Source: Macrostomum lignano (lineage: Eukaryota). Taken from it: a DNA stretch of 64,000 bases. Positions 24,690 through 37,500 of this stretch are shown piece after piece. Where the stretch lies: positions 1 to 64,000 of the forward strand of contig NIVC01003211.1 in the NCBI GenBank assembly GCA_002269645.1. Reading direction: 5' to 3'. A program made the translations under genes and the position numbers. The notes under the pieces were generated by a model, which searched no databases, was not told where the DNA came from, and saw only the letters and a list, made by a program, of their open reading frames with translations. The stretch's first letter is position 1. Each line of letters begins with the position of its first letter.

Positions 24690-25830
24690 TTAAGGTCTGA
24701 GGGGTTGAATAAGGTTGCGAATCAGAGCTCCCAGACAGGGGGGGCGGTGGGAGAAGATCGGGCAAATAGGGGAAGAGGGGCCTGGGGAGGGGGCTCTCTT
24801 TGTCTGGTTGTGGGGGATATGGGAAAAAACTGACAAGGGCTGCGTGTGGTGGAAGTGTGTGGTATGCGAGCGGGGAGCCACCACCGCAGAACACGTGGAA
24901 AGGCTAAGGCAGCCAGGGGGGTAAAGGGTTATAAAAGTTCGCGGTCTGCCTGCGTCCCCCCCCCCCGCAGCGGGCTCTCCAGCTGAATCCAGTAAAAAAC
25001 GATGGGGGCATAGGAGAGATCGTGAGGAGGTGGGGGGCATGGGGGTGCAGGCAGCCAATGGGGGCTGTCTGTCTGGGGTGGTGGGGTGGTAGAGGGCGGC
25101 TGGTCAAGCTAAGGGGGTCAAAATTTAAGCCAAAAAAATAAAGCGAGCCCCGCAGGCTAAGGGAGGCTGCAGGAGTGGAGTGGAGGTCAGCGCTGTTTAG
25201 TTTGTTTTTGTGATAGCTAATAGCAATTACAGAAGACGGTAAAGTGGCACAGTTAGAGAAGAGAAAGGGGGTGTCAGATGAAGAGTTCGGTCCCAAATTA
25301 TATCCATACTGTCGTAGTTAAAGCCAAACAGCCTTCCCCAGTCTGGCAGAGAAGTCCGTCTGAAGTATTGCATATGGCTTCGTACGCAGTGGCTATGGCT
25401 AGTGGCTAGAGCCATGCGTTTTTCACCCGCTTATGCCTGGCACATTTTCTCTTTGAGCCCGCATTAGGTTGACTCTCCCCCCCCCCCCTAAGACTTACAG
25501 TGCCTGCAGCTGCGACCCAATTCCAGGCAGCTATAATAGCCTGAGGCCATAGAACAAGTCCGCTTAAACTTTTCCCGACCTGTCTGTCGTACAGGAGGAG
25601 CTGGCCGGGTGGACAGGCACGCCATTATTGCTGTGTTCGTTCTACTGAGGACTATTGTTGCTCCACCATTATTGGTCAAGGGCTTGAAGGCTGTTAGACT
25701 GGGGCGTTCTTTCTGTTCTAACTTTCTAAGAAAGACTTCAACTATGAGTCTATTTACCTGATTATCATTAGGTACGGAGCAAGGACACTTACTTACAGCA
25801 CACGATAACTTAATTGCATGCAAAGTCAAG
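24690..25830 (-). mobile_element. Possible decayed non-LTR retrotransposon (APE endonuclease and ORF1 remnants)
   Basis: Scattered, frame-broken motif echoes: DII(G), IGCLHP, ITLYPP, GFSW, PPLSGSSD(H). No RT was seen, so support is weak. Confidence 0.3.
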
Positions 25831-25959
25831 ATTTAACATCAAACAGACTTGCTCACTGGGTGTTGAATATATAGACTAAGTACATGGAGGAGTTGCCTGC
25901 TCCACCTACTAAGTTACTCCCTTCCACTACACTCCTTTTCACGCTTTTATTTTCCAATT

Positions 25960-26775
25960 CATTCCATCATTCCATTCATTTCCACTGCATTCCATTCCAC
26001 TCCATTCCATTCACCTCAATTCCATTCCACTCCCTTTCATTCCACTCCACTGCATTCCATTCCACTCCATTCCATTCACCTCAATTCCATTCCACTCCCT
26101 TTCATTCCACTCCACTGCATTCCATTCCACTCCATTCCATTCACCTCAATTCCATTCCACTCCCTTTCATTCCACTCCACTGCATTCCATTCCATTCCAC
26201 TGCATTCCATTCCATTCCACTGCATTCCATTCCATTCCACTACATTCCATTCCATTCCACTGCATTCCATTCCATTCCACTGCATTCCATTCCACTCCAT
26301 TCCATTCACCTCAATTCCATTCCACTCCACTGCATTTCATTCCACTCCCTTCCATTCCATTCCACTCCATTCCATTCCATTCCACTCCATTCCATTCCAT
26401 TCCACTCCATTCCATTCCACTCCCCTTCCATTCCACACCATTCCACTCCCCTTCCATTCCACTCCGTTCCATTCCATTGCATTCCATTCCACTCCATTCC
26501 ACTCCATTCCATTCCACTCCATTCCACTGCATTCCATTCCACTCCATTCCATTCCACTCCATTCCATTCCACTCCATTCCATTCCATTCCACTCCATTCC
26601 ACTGCATTCCATTCCACTCCATTCCATTCCACTGCATTCCATTCCACTCCCTCCCATTCCATTCCATTCCGCTCCATTGTATTTCATTCCACCCCATTCC
26701 TTTCCATGTTTCATTCCTTTCCATTCCATTCCACCCCATTCCACTTCATTCCATTTCACTCTATTCCGTTCCATG
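25960..26775. repeat. (CATTC/CACTC)n pentanucleotide satellite
   Basis: About 160 visible pentamers. It explains the FHSIP/EWNGM ORFs. Confidence 0.97.
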
Positions 26776-28784
26776 TCTGTTCCATTTTACTCGTAATTAA
26801 TCCCATTCAATTGCAATAGTTTCAATATACTAAAAACGCCGATTAATGATCTAATAACGACCTGCAGTCAGTCCAAAAGACTCCAGGGTCTCGGGCCAAC
26901 CCTCGCTTCATACAGGCTAAGAGCATAGCAGCTCACAGAAGAGCAATAGGAGAGGCAGAAGCACGGATCAGTAGGCCGGCGGCAAAGAGATGATTTATAT
27001 CAGACTGGCTGCTTCTGAAAATTATTGTTTTTGTGAGCAAACCTCAGCTATAGCCATGCGGGCACAGACAGACAGACAATAATAGCCATATCTGTATATG
27101 ATGCAGTGTGTGACCTCCACAGTTGGCAGAGGCCGCCCAGCCATCATCAGCTCAACCTCTCCCTGCATTGTATTCCGCTTGCTGCCCACCCAGAACCCGA
27201 AGGCCGGTAGAGACAGCGAGTGACCTGCAGCTTGACTGGCCAGACAGAGACAGACAGCAAAAGAGTTTTAGGCCTTGCCTCCTGACCTGGGTAGCCATTT
27301 TTAGACCAAGCTCAAACTTTTGCTATCTGCTGCTGCCGCGCCTGCGGTGCAGTGCGATTCTCAAGGCGTGGCTTGGGCTTTAAGCTAGTATTCATGGTGA
27401 CCCGCGGGGCGTTTTGGCTGCACTGCACTGCATTATGCAGTGCGCGGCACTGTGTGCGCCCAGATCGGACAAGGTTAGCAGACAGACAAACAAACGTTTG
27501 ACAGACATAACAGCTCGAGAAGCAGTGGCTGCCTTTGCACTCCAAAGCCTTGCCAATTTTTTCTGGAATTTGCACTGACTGGAGTCATGGATGCAGATGC
27601 ATTAACGTCCGATGAGGAAACTAACGCGAGCTTCGAAACAGCTAGCCCCCCCCCCCCCCGACGAAGACCCTGATAGACAAGGCAACGGTCCATAAGTGCG
27701 CGCGTGTACTCCAGGATCAGTGACGAGAAGCACAGCCAATTGTCCTGGATGCACTGGACAGAAGCGAACGTCCGATCGATGTCGCACAATGAATGAATGA
27801 GGAGTGGCCGAGGAGGTGACAGCAAAGGTCACAACTGTAAAGTGTAGTGGCGGCTGGTACCGCCGTGAGACTAATACAAATAAAGAAATTCTTCATCTGG
27901 AAACCGAAAGTCCAGGTGAGAGTTTTCATTGTTTGAGAGACTCAGGATTCAATCAACCAATCTTAATAGAACACACCATACCTAATTGCCACTGTCATCT
28001 CGTAGAAAATGCAAATGCAAATTAAAATAAGATACGAGTAACATAGCGACTCACACTGGCTCTGGCTCGTTTCTAGTTTGGTTCCCGCAGCCTAAATTCC
28101 AAAGTTCACTCGCAGCGAAATCTTACACTTAAGCAGCAGTCAATATGTCAGAAAACAGTACTTGCTACAGCCTGAATGCTTGCTGCAGATAAGATGCCCT
28201 TGTTGCAGTAGTCCAAGGCTGCCAAGTCTTCCCCCCCCCAAAAGAACACGCAACACACACACGGCCAGAAAACATTGAGGCCTCGCTTCACTTTCAGCTG
28301 ATGCCCCCATTGTAGGCCATAGGTCAACCGGGGTCACAGCAGTCAGAAAACAGAGTGCAAGATAAGCCACCCTGGCACTCACTCTCTCGCCCTGTCAAAG
28401 TTTATCTCCAGTTTGCCCAGCCAAGACCGACTTACACGGACGGGTGGAGAGAAGAGGGCGTGACCTCCTACTGAACTATTTTTCGATCAGCAACTGCTAC
28501 CAGCACCGCTAGTCAGCTGAGCAATGTTGCGGCCGAGCAAAATAGAGGCAGAAAACTGCTGTGAAATATGAAGATGAAGCAAGGTTAATTAATGCTGGAA
28601 AAGAGCGAGAGTTCGCATGGGTTCTTGACCCACTGAAGAATTGAAATAAATATTGCAAAGGTAAAAGGCCCTATTTTACCTATGTGGCGTAAGAAAAAAG
28701 TTTAATATATCTTTCTGAACTGCACATAGTAGTAAGCATAGGACACACTTATGAATTATTGTTGTATTTTATAACGGTCAAAAT

Positions 28785-29620
28785 GATCGAACTGTCTCTC
28801 GTTCCGGTCATGAGGATCGAACTGTCTCTCGAACCGGTCATGAGGATCGAACTGTCTCTCGAACCGGTCATGAGGATCGAACTGTCTCTCGAACCGGTCA
28901 TAAGGATCGAACTGTCTCTCGAACCGGTCATGAGGATCGAGAGACAGTTCGAATCTCGAATATCTCGAATATATCTCGAATATCTCGAATATCTCGATAC
29001 CTCGAACCGGTCATAAGGATCGGACTGTCTCAGGAACTGGTCATAAGGATCCGACTGTCTCTTGAACCAGTCATAAGGATCCGACTGTCTCTTGAACCAG
29101 TCATAAGGATCGAACTGTCTCTCGAATTGGTCATAAGGATCGGACTGTCACTCAAACCGGTCATAAGGATTAGACTGTCTCGAATTGGTCATAAGGATCC
29201 GACTGTCTCTCGAACCGGTCATGAGGATCGAGAGACAGTTCGAATCTCGAATATATCTCGAATATCTCGATACCTCGAACCGGTCATAAGGATCCGACTG
29301 TCTCTTGAACCAGTCATAAGGATCGAACTGTCTCTCGAACCGGTCATAAGGATCCGAATGTCTCTCAAACCGGTCATAAGGATCGGACTGTCTCTCGAAC
29401 CGGTCATAAGGATTAGACTGTCTCTCGAACCGGTCATAAGGATTAGACTGTCTCTCGAACCGGTCATAAGGATTAGACTGTCTCTCGAACCGGTCATAAG
29501 GATCGACCTGTCTCTCGAACCGGTCATAAGGATTAGACTGTCTCTCGAACCAGTCATAAGGATCTGACTGTCTCAGGAACTGGTCATAAGGATCGGACTG
29601 TCTCTTGAACCGGTCATAAG
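28785..29620. repeat. 30-bp minisatellite (CTCGAACCGGTCATAAGGATCGAACTGTCT) with two internal micro-inversions
   Basis: Visible units. TCGAGAGACAGTTCGA at 28937-28952 and 29228-29243 is the exact reverse complement of the unit segment TCGAACTGTCTCTCGA. Confidence 0.96.
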
Positions 29621-30000
29621 TACCGGACAGTCCCGCATGGTCCACATATCCAGTAAATAAACTAAACAAAAGCGTACTTTAACCAATGTTAGGCATTCAA
29701 TGTTGCACTAGACAACAACAACAGGATGTCGCGTAAATTAAGTGAAGCAAAACTCACGCGATAGCCAGCTGGTTAATCATTCTATTTTGATGTCGGTATT
29801 CGAGACAGCAAGGGCAATGGGAGACGGGGAGAAAACCTGACGCCGCGGCTAGGGAAACAGTTATTACAAGACTTGACGACAAATCAGCCGCATTAACTGC
29901 GTGTTACACAAAAGATCGTCAGCAAAAAATGAGACATTGTTAATAGCTGAATGGCGAACGAACAAAGAACTCAGTAGTTGCAGATCCCACAGCTGCTGCG

Positions 30001-30224
30001 CTACCAGTAGTTACCGTAGCCGCCCTGGTCGCCGCCCCGACCTCCGTAACCGCGACCGCCGCCTCCGCCGCCCGTGGCACCGCCGCCGCCTGTTGCCATG
30101 CTTGTCACCTGGGCCAGGGCGGCCGCCAGAACCTGCGGATTCGAGGCCAGGACGTTCACCACATCCTGATAGACCCCGGAGCCGCCAGGCGCGCCGCCCG
30201 AACCGATCTGGCCGCCGCCGGGGC

Positions 30225-30258
<34 letters not shown>

Positions 30259-31840
30259 CATTGGCTGCCAGCCACGGCCTCGCGGTGGTCCCATCTGGTG
30301 GCCGCCACCCCGGCCGCCTCGCATCTGGCCCAGGCCGCCACCCGAAAAGCCGAGGCTCCCGCCGTGCTTCGGAATCGCGGTGCCAACGTGGACCGTAGTG
30401 CCCTCGATGTCGAAGTCCTGCCCGACCAGGCGATCGACGGTGGTTGAGTCGGCAAAGGTGACGAAGGCGAAGTTGCGGAACGGCTTGGGGATGTACACTT
30501 CCTCCACCGTGCCGTGCTGGTTAAAGAAGTCCTTCAACACCTGGCTGGTCATCTCCTCCGTGATGCCGCCGACGAAAACGCGGCGAGGCACGCTGGCCGG
30601 GGCGGCCGGCTCGCCCTGGCTGATCGGCACCTTCACCTCGCACCAGCGGTTCTGGGCGGCAGAGCGGGGAGCAATTTGAGACAAAAAATTGGGGGCGATT
30701 CTTAACGGTAGCTGGGTGGAGGGGCAATTCTCAATGGTAGCTGGGGGGGGGGCAATTCTCAATGGTAGCTGGGGGGGGGCAATTCTCAATGGTAGCTGGG
30801 GGGAATTCTCAATGGTAGCTGGAGGGGGGGCAATTCTCAATGGTAGCTCAGTAGCTGGGGGGGGGCAATTCTCAATGGTAGCTGGGGGGAATTCTCAATG
30901 GTAGCTGGAGGGGGGGGGCAATTCTCAATGGTAGCTCAGTAGCTGGGGGGGCAATTCTCAATGGTAGCTGGTGGGGAGGGGAAATTCTCAATGGTAGCTC
31001 AGTAGCTGGGGGGGGGCACTTCTCAATGGTAGCTGGGGGGGGGCAATTCTCAATGGTAGCTGGGGGGCGCAATTCTCAATGGTAGCTGGGGGGGGGCAAT
31101 TCTCAATGGTAGCTGGTGGAGAGGGGCAATTCTCAATGGTAGCTGGGGGGGGCAATTCTCAATGGTAGCTGGGGGGGGCAATTCTCAATGGTAGCTGGGG
31201 GGGGGGGCAATTCTCATTGGTAGCTGGGGGGGGCATTCTTAATGGTTGGGGGCGATTTTTCAGCAGGCCAGGGGCCCAGAAAAAGCAGCAAAGTCCCGCG
31301 CAGTCGCACCATTATCTGATGTCTAGGGCAGGTCAGACAGTCGATCTGGGACTCGAACTCGGCAAACCGAATGAACCCGTAGCCCCGACTGCCGCCCTGC
31401 GAGTCCCGCTTGATCTGCGACATGACCAGCTCGCCGAACTTGGAGAAATAGCTCTTCAAATCCTCTTCGTTGGCTTTGTAAGGCAGGCCGAGCACAATCA
31501 GGTCTGTGCACTTTTTCCTGTCCGGCTTCTTCGGCCGGAAGTCGGGCGCGTCGCCGAGTTCCTCGTCCACTTTGCGTTTGTTGTCCTTGGGAAAGGTGCA
31601 CAAGTAGACCACGTTGCCGTTGTGACTCCAGGAGTTGAACTCCGGCGGCGGGTACAGTACACCGTCCGTGAGGCGCACTGCCCGCATGGCGCTGGTGTCC
31701 GGGTTGCGGTAGCGCAGGCCGGTGAGGCCGGGGAACTGCGCGGCCAGGGTGGACAGCAGCAGGACTCCGCCGGCCTCGGTGGGCACCTCTATCGGGTCGT
31801 CGCCCTCGTCCTCAGCAACTGGCACGTATTCGACAGCCAT
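30001..31840 (-). CDS. TARDBP: TDP-43 paralog A; join(31840..31310, 30651..30001), 393 aa
   Basis: NTD: EYVPVAEDEGDDPIEVPTE..LLSTLAAQFPG..GLRYRNP. NLS: PKDNKRK. RRM1: DLIVLGLP..RGYGFIRF. RRM2: RRVFVGG..VYIPKPFRNFAFVTF. The tail is Gly-rich. The junction is phase 0, HQIM|NRWCEVK, with GT/AG. Confidence 0.97.
30672..31255. repeat. ~25-bp G-rich minisatellite (GGGGGCAATTCTCAATGGTAGCTGG) filling the TDP-43 A intron
   Basis: About 22 visible units with variable G-run length. Confidence 0.96.
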
Positions 31841-31971
31841 GGCTGGTGCGATTCACTGCAAAATTGGACAATTTCGATGGGGGAATTGCTGCCTGATTAC
31901 CGCTAGTAACTAAGTGCACCTACATGCCGATACTACATATTTGTCTACTATCTATCTACCAATCGATCTAT

Positions 31972-32045
31972 GGGGGGCGTAGCTTAGTAGTCAAATGGCG
32001 CTCTGATGTGCCAGCGGCCCAGGCTCGATTCTCCAAGTGCAGTCA
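31972..32045 (+). mobile_element. Degenerate tRNA-derived SINE head or tRNA pseudogene
   Basis: A-box-like TAGCTTAGTAG and B-box-like GGCTCGATTC. A homologous copy lies at 39012-39081. No clean cloverleaf could be folded. Confidence 0.5.
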
Positions 32046-32929
32046 CATTAATTTGGGCTAAGTTGGAATCTCGGCTTGGCTCTGCTCGTGCAATCACGCC
32101 CTTGAGGACCAACCCCCAAGACACAGTGTACATGGCTAGCCATAAATATAGCCAGGGCCGCTGTACACTCCCCTGTGTGAGCCTGTGCGTATGACTGCGT
32201 ACGTATCTGCGCGCTTGTTTGCCTGCTCAGGGGAGTCGGCGGAATGGGCAGTAATGCCTCTCGCCGGTTGTGTGACAATGTCGCTTAAAGTGCGCCAGGG
32301 TGCACACAACCCCCCTGCCTCTAATAATAAAAATACCAATATATATACTATCTTATCTGCCTATTATTATATTATCTGCCAATTTATCTGCTAACAATGC
32401 ACCGCCCATCTGCCAATTAATTAACCATGTTTATCTAACCTAACAAGAACCACCAAACACGACAGGCTGTTAAGCTGAAAATAATAATCATAACTAGTGA
32501 AAACAATACAATTATAACTGTTGGCTCGCCATCAGAAATGAAATCACACGGAACTCGCGACTCCCAGCTACAGTTACCGGGGTAGCCGATGCTCAAATCA
32601 GGCAAAACCGCAGTTAACTTACTGAAAACACTGCCGAGCTCTTCAACTCAGAGGTCATCTCAGGTCAAGCGAGAGATAAACAGCCCTAAAGTTCATCACG
32701 ACTGGCGTATAAACAAGCACTGGAAACAAATCGATTGAAAATAGCAGAAATATCAACGATAACAACAGCAAGTTCAGCGCACAAACTGCGGCAAATGTCT
32801 ACATTGAATGCAAATTGACAAACAATATGAAATGCATGATTAACAAGGCAGTACAGCGTAAATTCTTTCACATCTTCACTTTTAAATCCTCAACCTTCAT
32901 ATTCACCACCCTTATCCTCATCTTTCTAT

Positions 32930-33460
32930 CCCCAACCATCATAACTCAACCTTCATATGCCACACCATCATACCACCCATCTTCATATCCCCAAACTTCA
33001 TATCCCCAACCATCATACCCCCCATCTTTATATCCCCAACCCTTATATCCCCAACCCTTATATCCCCAACCTTCATATCCCCAAACTTTATATCCCCAAC
33101 CTTCATATCCCCCATCTTTATATCCTCAACCTTCATATCCCCAAACTTTATATCCCCAACCTTCATATCCCCCATCTTTATATCCTCAACCTTCATATCC
33201 CTATATTTATATCCCCAACCTTCATATCCCCCATCTTTATATCCTCAACCTTCATATCCCTATATTTATATCCCCAACCTTCATATCCCCATAATAATAT
33301 CCCCAACCTTCATATCCCCATAATCATATCCCAAACTTTATATCCCCAACCTTCATATCCCCATAATCATATCCCTAAACTTTATATGCCCAACCTTCAT
33401 ATCCCCATATTTATATCCCCAACCTTCATATCCCCATATTTATATCCCCAACCTTATTGT
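32930..33460. repeat. 15-bp minisatellite (CTTCATATCCCCAAC variants)
   Basis: About 33 visible units. It explains the YPQPS ORFs. Only ~3 units occur at the paralogous site 39405-39450. Confidence 0.95.
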
Positions 33461-34025
33461 GAAAATTGTCTCATCGGTCAAACAGTGACCCCCTCTCAGT
33501 TGCTACCCTACCTTCATCATAGCTGCATCGCAGACTCTCAACAATTCCACATAAATCCCAAACACTAAACACGTACAGAAAAGAAACAAATGTTTAACAC
33601 GCAACGAAAAGTCATTGGCTCACACACAATCACTAATAAAGTCAAGACAAAGGTCAAAGGTCAAAAGCTGTCTGCACCCGACGCATCAATCCAAGGCCAG
33701 GCTCAACTCAGCTCAAAGTCAGTCCCTGGCGCAGCCGGAGCAACACAGACTGACTGATAGACACAGATCGGCGCACAGGACTGCGAATTTAATTAAATCA
33801 ATCTAATCAATCAGCTCATTCCAATGGGATACCTCCAGCAGGCTGGGTGCTCGGGCAGATCTTCCTGAGCACCTGGCATCGGGTACAGGGACATCACGTG
33901 ACCTGGCTCTCGGCCGCCGCTGAGCTGAAATTATGAGCTAATTTGTTTAAGTAAGAATTCACGTCATTGAAGAATAAAGATTGCTCTTGGTAGACATCTC
34001 CTAACACTGGGACTCTGGTGCATAA

Positions 34026-34230
34026 AATGGGGATTCGGGTGTTTGAAATGGGGATTTGGGGTGTTTGAAATGGGGATTTGGGGTGTTTAAAATGGGGATT
34101 CGGGGTGTTTGAAATGGGGATTTGGGGTGTTTGAAATGGGGATTTGAATGTTTGAAATGGGGATTTGGGTGTTTGAAATGGGGATTTGGGTGTTTGAAAT
34201 GGGGATTTGGGGTGTTTGAAATGGGGATTG
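34026..34230. repeat. 21-22-bp G-tract minisatellite (GGGGATTTGGGGTGTTTGAAAT) at the junction of the two TDP-43 duplication units
   Basis: About 9 visible units. A longer copy lies at 39990-40430. Confidence 0.95.
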
Positions 34231-34570
34231 AGATGGTTGAAATGTACTACACAACAGCAACAGGATATCGCGTAAATTAATTGAAGCAAAACTCACGCGA
34301 TAGCCAGCTGGTTAATAATTGTATTTGATGTCAGCATTTGGGAAAGCAAGGGCGATGGGAGTCGGGGGGGGGGGCACTGTCGCCAGCTTGGACTACAGAT
34401 TTATTACAAGACTTGACAACAAATCAGTCGCATTGGCTTGGGTAACCAGTTCGACAATTTTGACTGCGTGCTACACAAACATCGACAGAGAATTTTGTAA
34501 TAAAATTGTTAATAGATGGATGACGAACGAACAAAGAATTTCAGTTGTTGCAGATTCCACAGCAGCTGCG

Positions 34571-37500
34571 CTACCAGTAGTTACCGTAGCCGCCCTGGTC
34601 GCCGCCCATGGCCCCGCCGCCGCCTGTTGCCATGCTGGTCACCTGGGTCAGGGCGGCCGCCAGAACCTGCGGGTTCGAGGCCAGGACGTTCACCACATCC
34701 TGGGAGACCCCGGAGCCGCCAGGCGCGCCGCCCGAACCGATCTGGCCGCCGCCGGGGCCACCGCCGCCGCCGCCGCCGCCGCCGCCCATTGGCTGCCACC
34801 CACGGCCTCGCGGAGGCCCCATCTGGGCGCTGCCACCCCGGCCGCCGCGCATCTGGCGGCCACCAGGGACGCCGATGCCGCCGCCGTACTTCGGAATGAC
34901 GGTGGCAACGTGGATCGTTTTGCCCTCGATGTCGAAGTCCCGCTCGACCAGGCGTTCGACGGTGCTTGAGTCGGCAAAGGTGACGAAGGCGAAGTTGCGG
35001 AACGGCTTGGGGATGTACACCTCCTCCACCGTGCCGTGTTGGCTAAAGAAGTCTTTTAACACCTCGCTGGTCATCTCCTCCGTGACGCTGCCGACGAAAA
35101 CGCGGCGAGACTCGCCGACCGGGGCGGCCTGGCTGATCGGCACCTTCACCTCGCACCAGCGGTTCTGGGCGGCAGAGCGGGGGGGGGGGGGTGATTTGAT
35201 GAGACAACAAATTGAGGGCGATTCTGAATGGTAGCTGGGTGGGGATTCTTACTGGTGGGGCCGATTACGAATGGTGTTCTGACTCGTAAGAGTGTATTTG
35301 AATTTTTTCAAGTATCCTAGGTCGGGCTTGTGACCGACTGTCTCTTAGGATCGAATTGCATATATTTCTCACAGCGAAGAGAAGGGAAAATAGTTTAGTT
35401 TATTTAGGGCGTTATTCAATATTACTGAGTGTGACCATAGTTAAAATATAGCGCTGGCAGCCCGAACTACGGCATACCCCCTTTTAGGAAAATAACGGTT
35501 AACAACTACCAATGAACAATAAATTGCGATGCTTTTGCAAGTGTCTGTTGCTATCGAAATTGAGTTGTCAGTTTTTTTGCAATTTTTTCCTATGGCTGAT
35601 TTCGGCCAGGCATTCGCCGGACCCTTGTGCCCCTTTTTGGGGTCTCTTCGTTGGATTGGGCCACATAAGGCTCAACGGCTTGAGATGGGCCGTTGGTGAC
35701 CTAAGTTGTTGGCTCAACACGATGATCAACTTCTTCATCGGACGTACTAGTAGTAGATGATTGCTGCAGGCCCAGTTGATTGTTGCTGGCCAGCTTGAGG
35801 GTGTCGCCCGCCAGCAGTCATGATGTGTTCCGTCCTCGGGTCATTAGGAACATTGCCTCGGAGCACGGAGTGTCGGCATTTGGCTTTTAGGCTACTAGAT
35901 CACCTTGCTGGAAGGTTGACACGATACGAACGCGTAATGGACGTCAAAAATGATTTCAACAGGCGTCTTTCCATGCGAGGTTGACGAATATTTGTGGTGC
36001 AGCAGAACCTTCTGCAAAAAGGCAATAAATGTGGAGTGAGTCATGCGTTGGGTCCAGGCCCGAAGTGCCTTTTTCACGGTTTGCACGGTCCGTTCAGCAA
36101 GACGGTTGGACTGCAGTGAGTATGGAAGGGTCTCCATCTTCGGCGCTCCATTGGCTTCCAACCAGGACACCAAAGAGGCCGAGGTGAATTCTGCTCCGTT
36201 GTCAGACACAATCACTTGTGGGACACCGAATCGAGTAAAAACAGTACGCAAGCAGTTGATGACCTTGTTCGTGGACCGATCTTTTGTTGGGAAAGCCTCA
36301 ATAGAGCCGGAGTATGCGTCCACAACGATGAGAATGTTGCCTACCTCAGGTATGAATACCTAGTCCTTGTGAAGCCGTTGGAACGGAAAGCTCGTAGGTG
36401 GCCAAACGTCTCTTATCTTCTGTAGACGAGGTCGCAGCCGAATATAACTGGGACATTGATGCACGAACTGCTCGACATCGCGCTGCATTCCAGGCCACTA
36501 GCAGATCTGAGCCAGTAGGTTGTAGGAACCATCTTTCTTTTTGACCCAACGACAGGCGATGAATTACTCACACGGCCTTCAATTCTCCCAATAACGCTCA
36601 GTTGCTCGAGTCTGTCCAGCTCAGCGTTGATCTGGCTCTCCAGTGCAATGGGCACAGGGCGGGCTCGGCAGAACTGCGGTCTGGCTCCATCGACCAACTC
36701 CATTCGAGCCGTGACGCCCTTATTGGTGGCAGGGGTTCGACCGTATGAGCCACGGATGTCTGGAAAATTGAGTCGGAATCCAGCAAGTCGCGTCCCAACA
36801 AATGTAATTGTTTTGTTGAAGCGACAACCATGAGCTCGGTCGGATGGAGACGGCCTTGCATCTCGACGGTGGTGAGGAGCTTTCCTAACGTTTTGAGAGT
36901 GTGGCCATCATAGGCTTCAAGGCGCCGGTGACACTTGTAGCGCTGGTCGATGCAGTGACTCCCAGAGATTGCTTGATATCACGAACACAGATGTGCCTGT
37001 GTCCACTTGCATTGGAATCGCAATTTACCATCAATGAGAATATATTCAGTTGCCACGGATAGATTATGGACGAGATCAACGTCGGTAAGATGAAGGACTT
37101 CAGAGATGTCAGAGTCGGAAGCGTCAGTCGTCGTCTTTGCATGATGAATACCTGGTACCTGCTGATGATCGGCACACCGATCCGAAATGATTGAGTTTGT
37201 TGCATTTGGAGCATGTCTTGCCAAAGGCAAAGGCAGGACATTTCCCAGTGGGGTGGGATTTGCCGCAGAATTTGCAATTATCAACACGACGTCGGTCTCT
37301 ACCGAGTTTGGAAGGGCCGCCATTGTGCACTTGCTTTTATAATTTGCAAAGTGAATTTCTCCGTCTTCGAGTTGAACCGCAATGGGCTTTTGGACTCCCG
37401 AAGTTTCACGATCTCTCACAAAGGTCTTCACTTGTTCCAAATTTTGGATTTCATCAACGATCTCTGCCACATTAAGTTCCTTTTTTTGGAGGATTACCAA

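Noticed and set aside
27580-27790. Short coding-looking stretch MDADALTSDEETNASFETASP..
   Set aside because: It is interrupted by stops and has no recognisable domain or splice partner.
31217-31906. Long plus-strand ORFs antisense to the TDP-43, NR2C, SHPK and PAIP1 exons
   Set aside because: Expected shadow ORFs of GC-rich coding sequence.
31972-32045. Functional tRNA genes at 31972, 39012 and 41125-41196
   Set aside because: The acceptor and anticodon stems are imperfect and the flanks are SINE-like, so they are treated as tRNA-derived repeats.
33700-33900. Reading through TGA in ..SQVT*CPCTRC as a UxxC selenoprotein
   Set aside because: No SECIS-like hairpin downstream and no similarity to a selenoprotein family I recognise.
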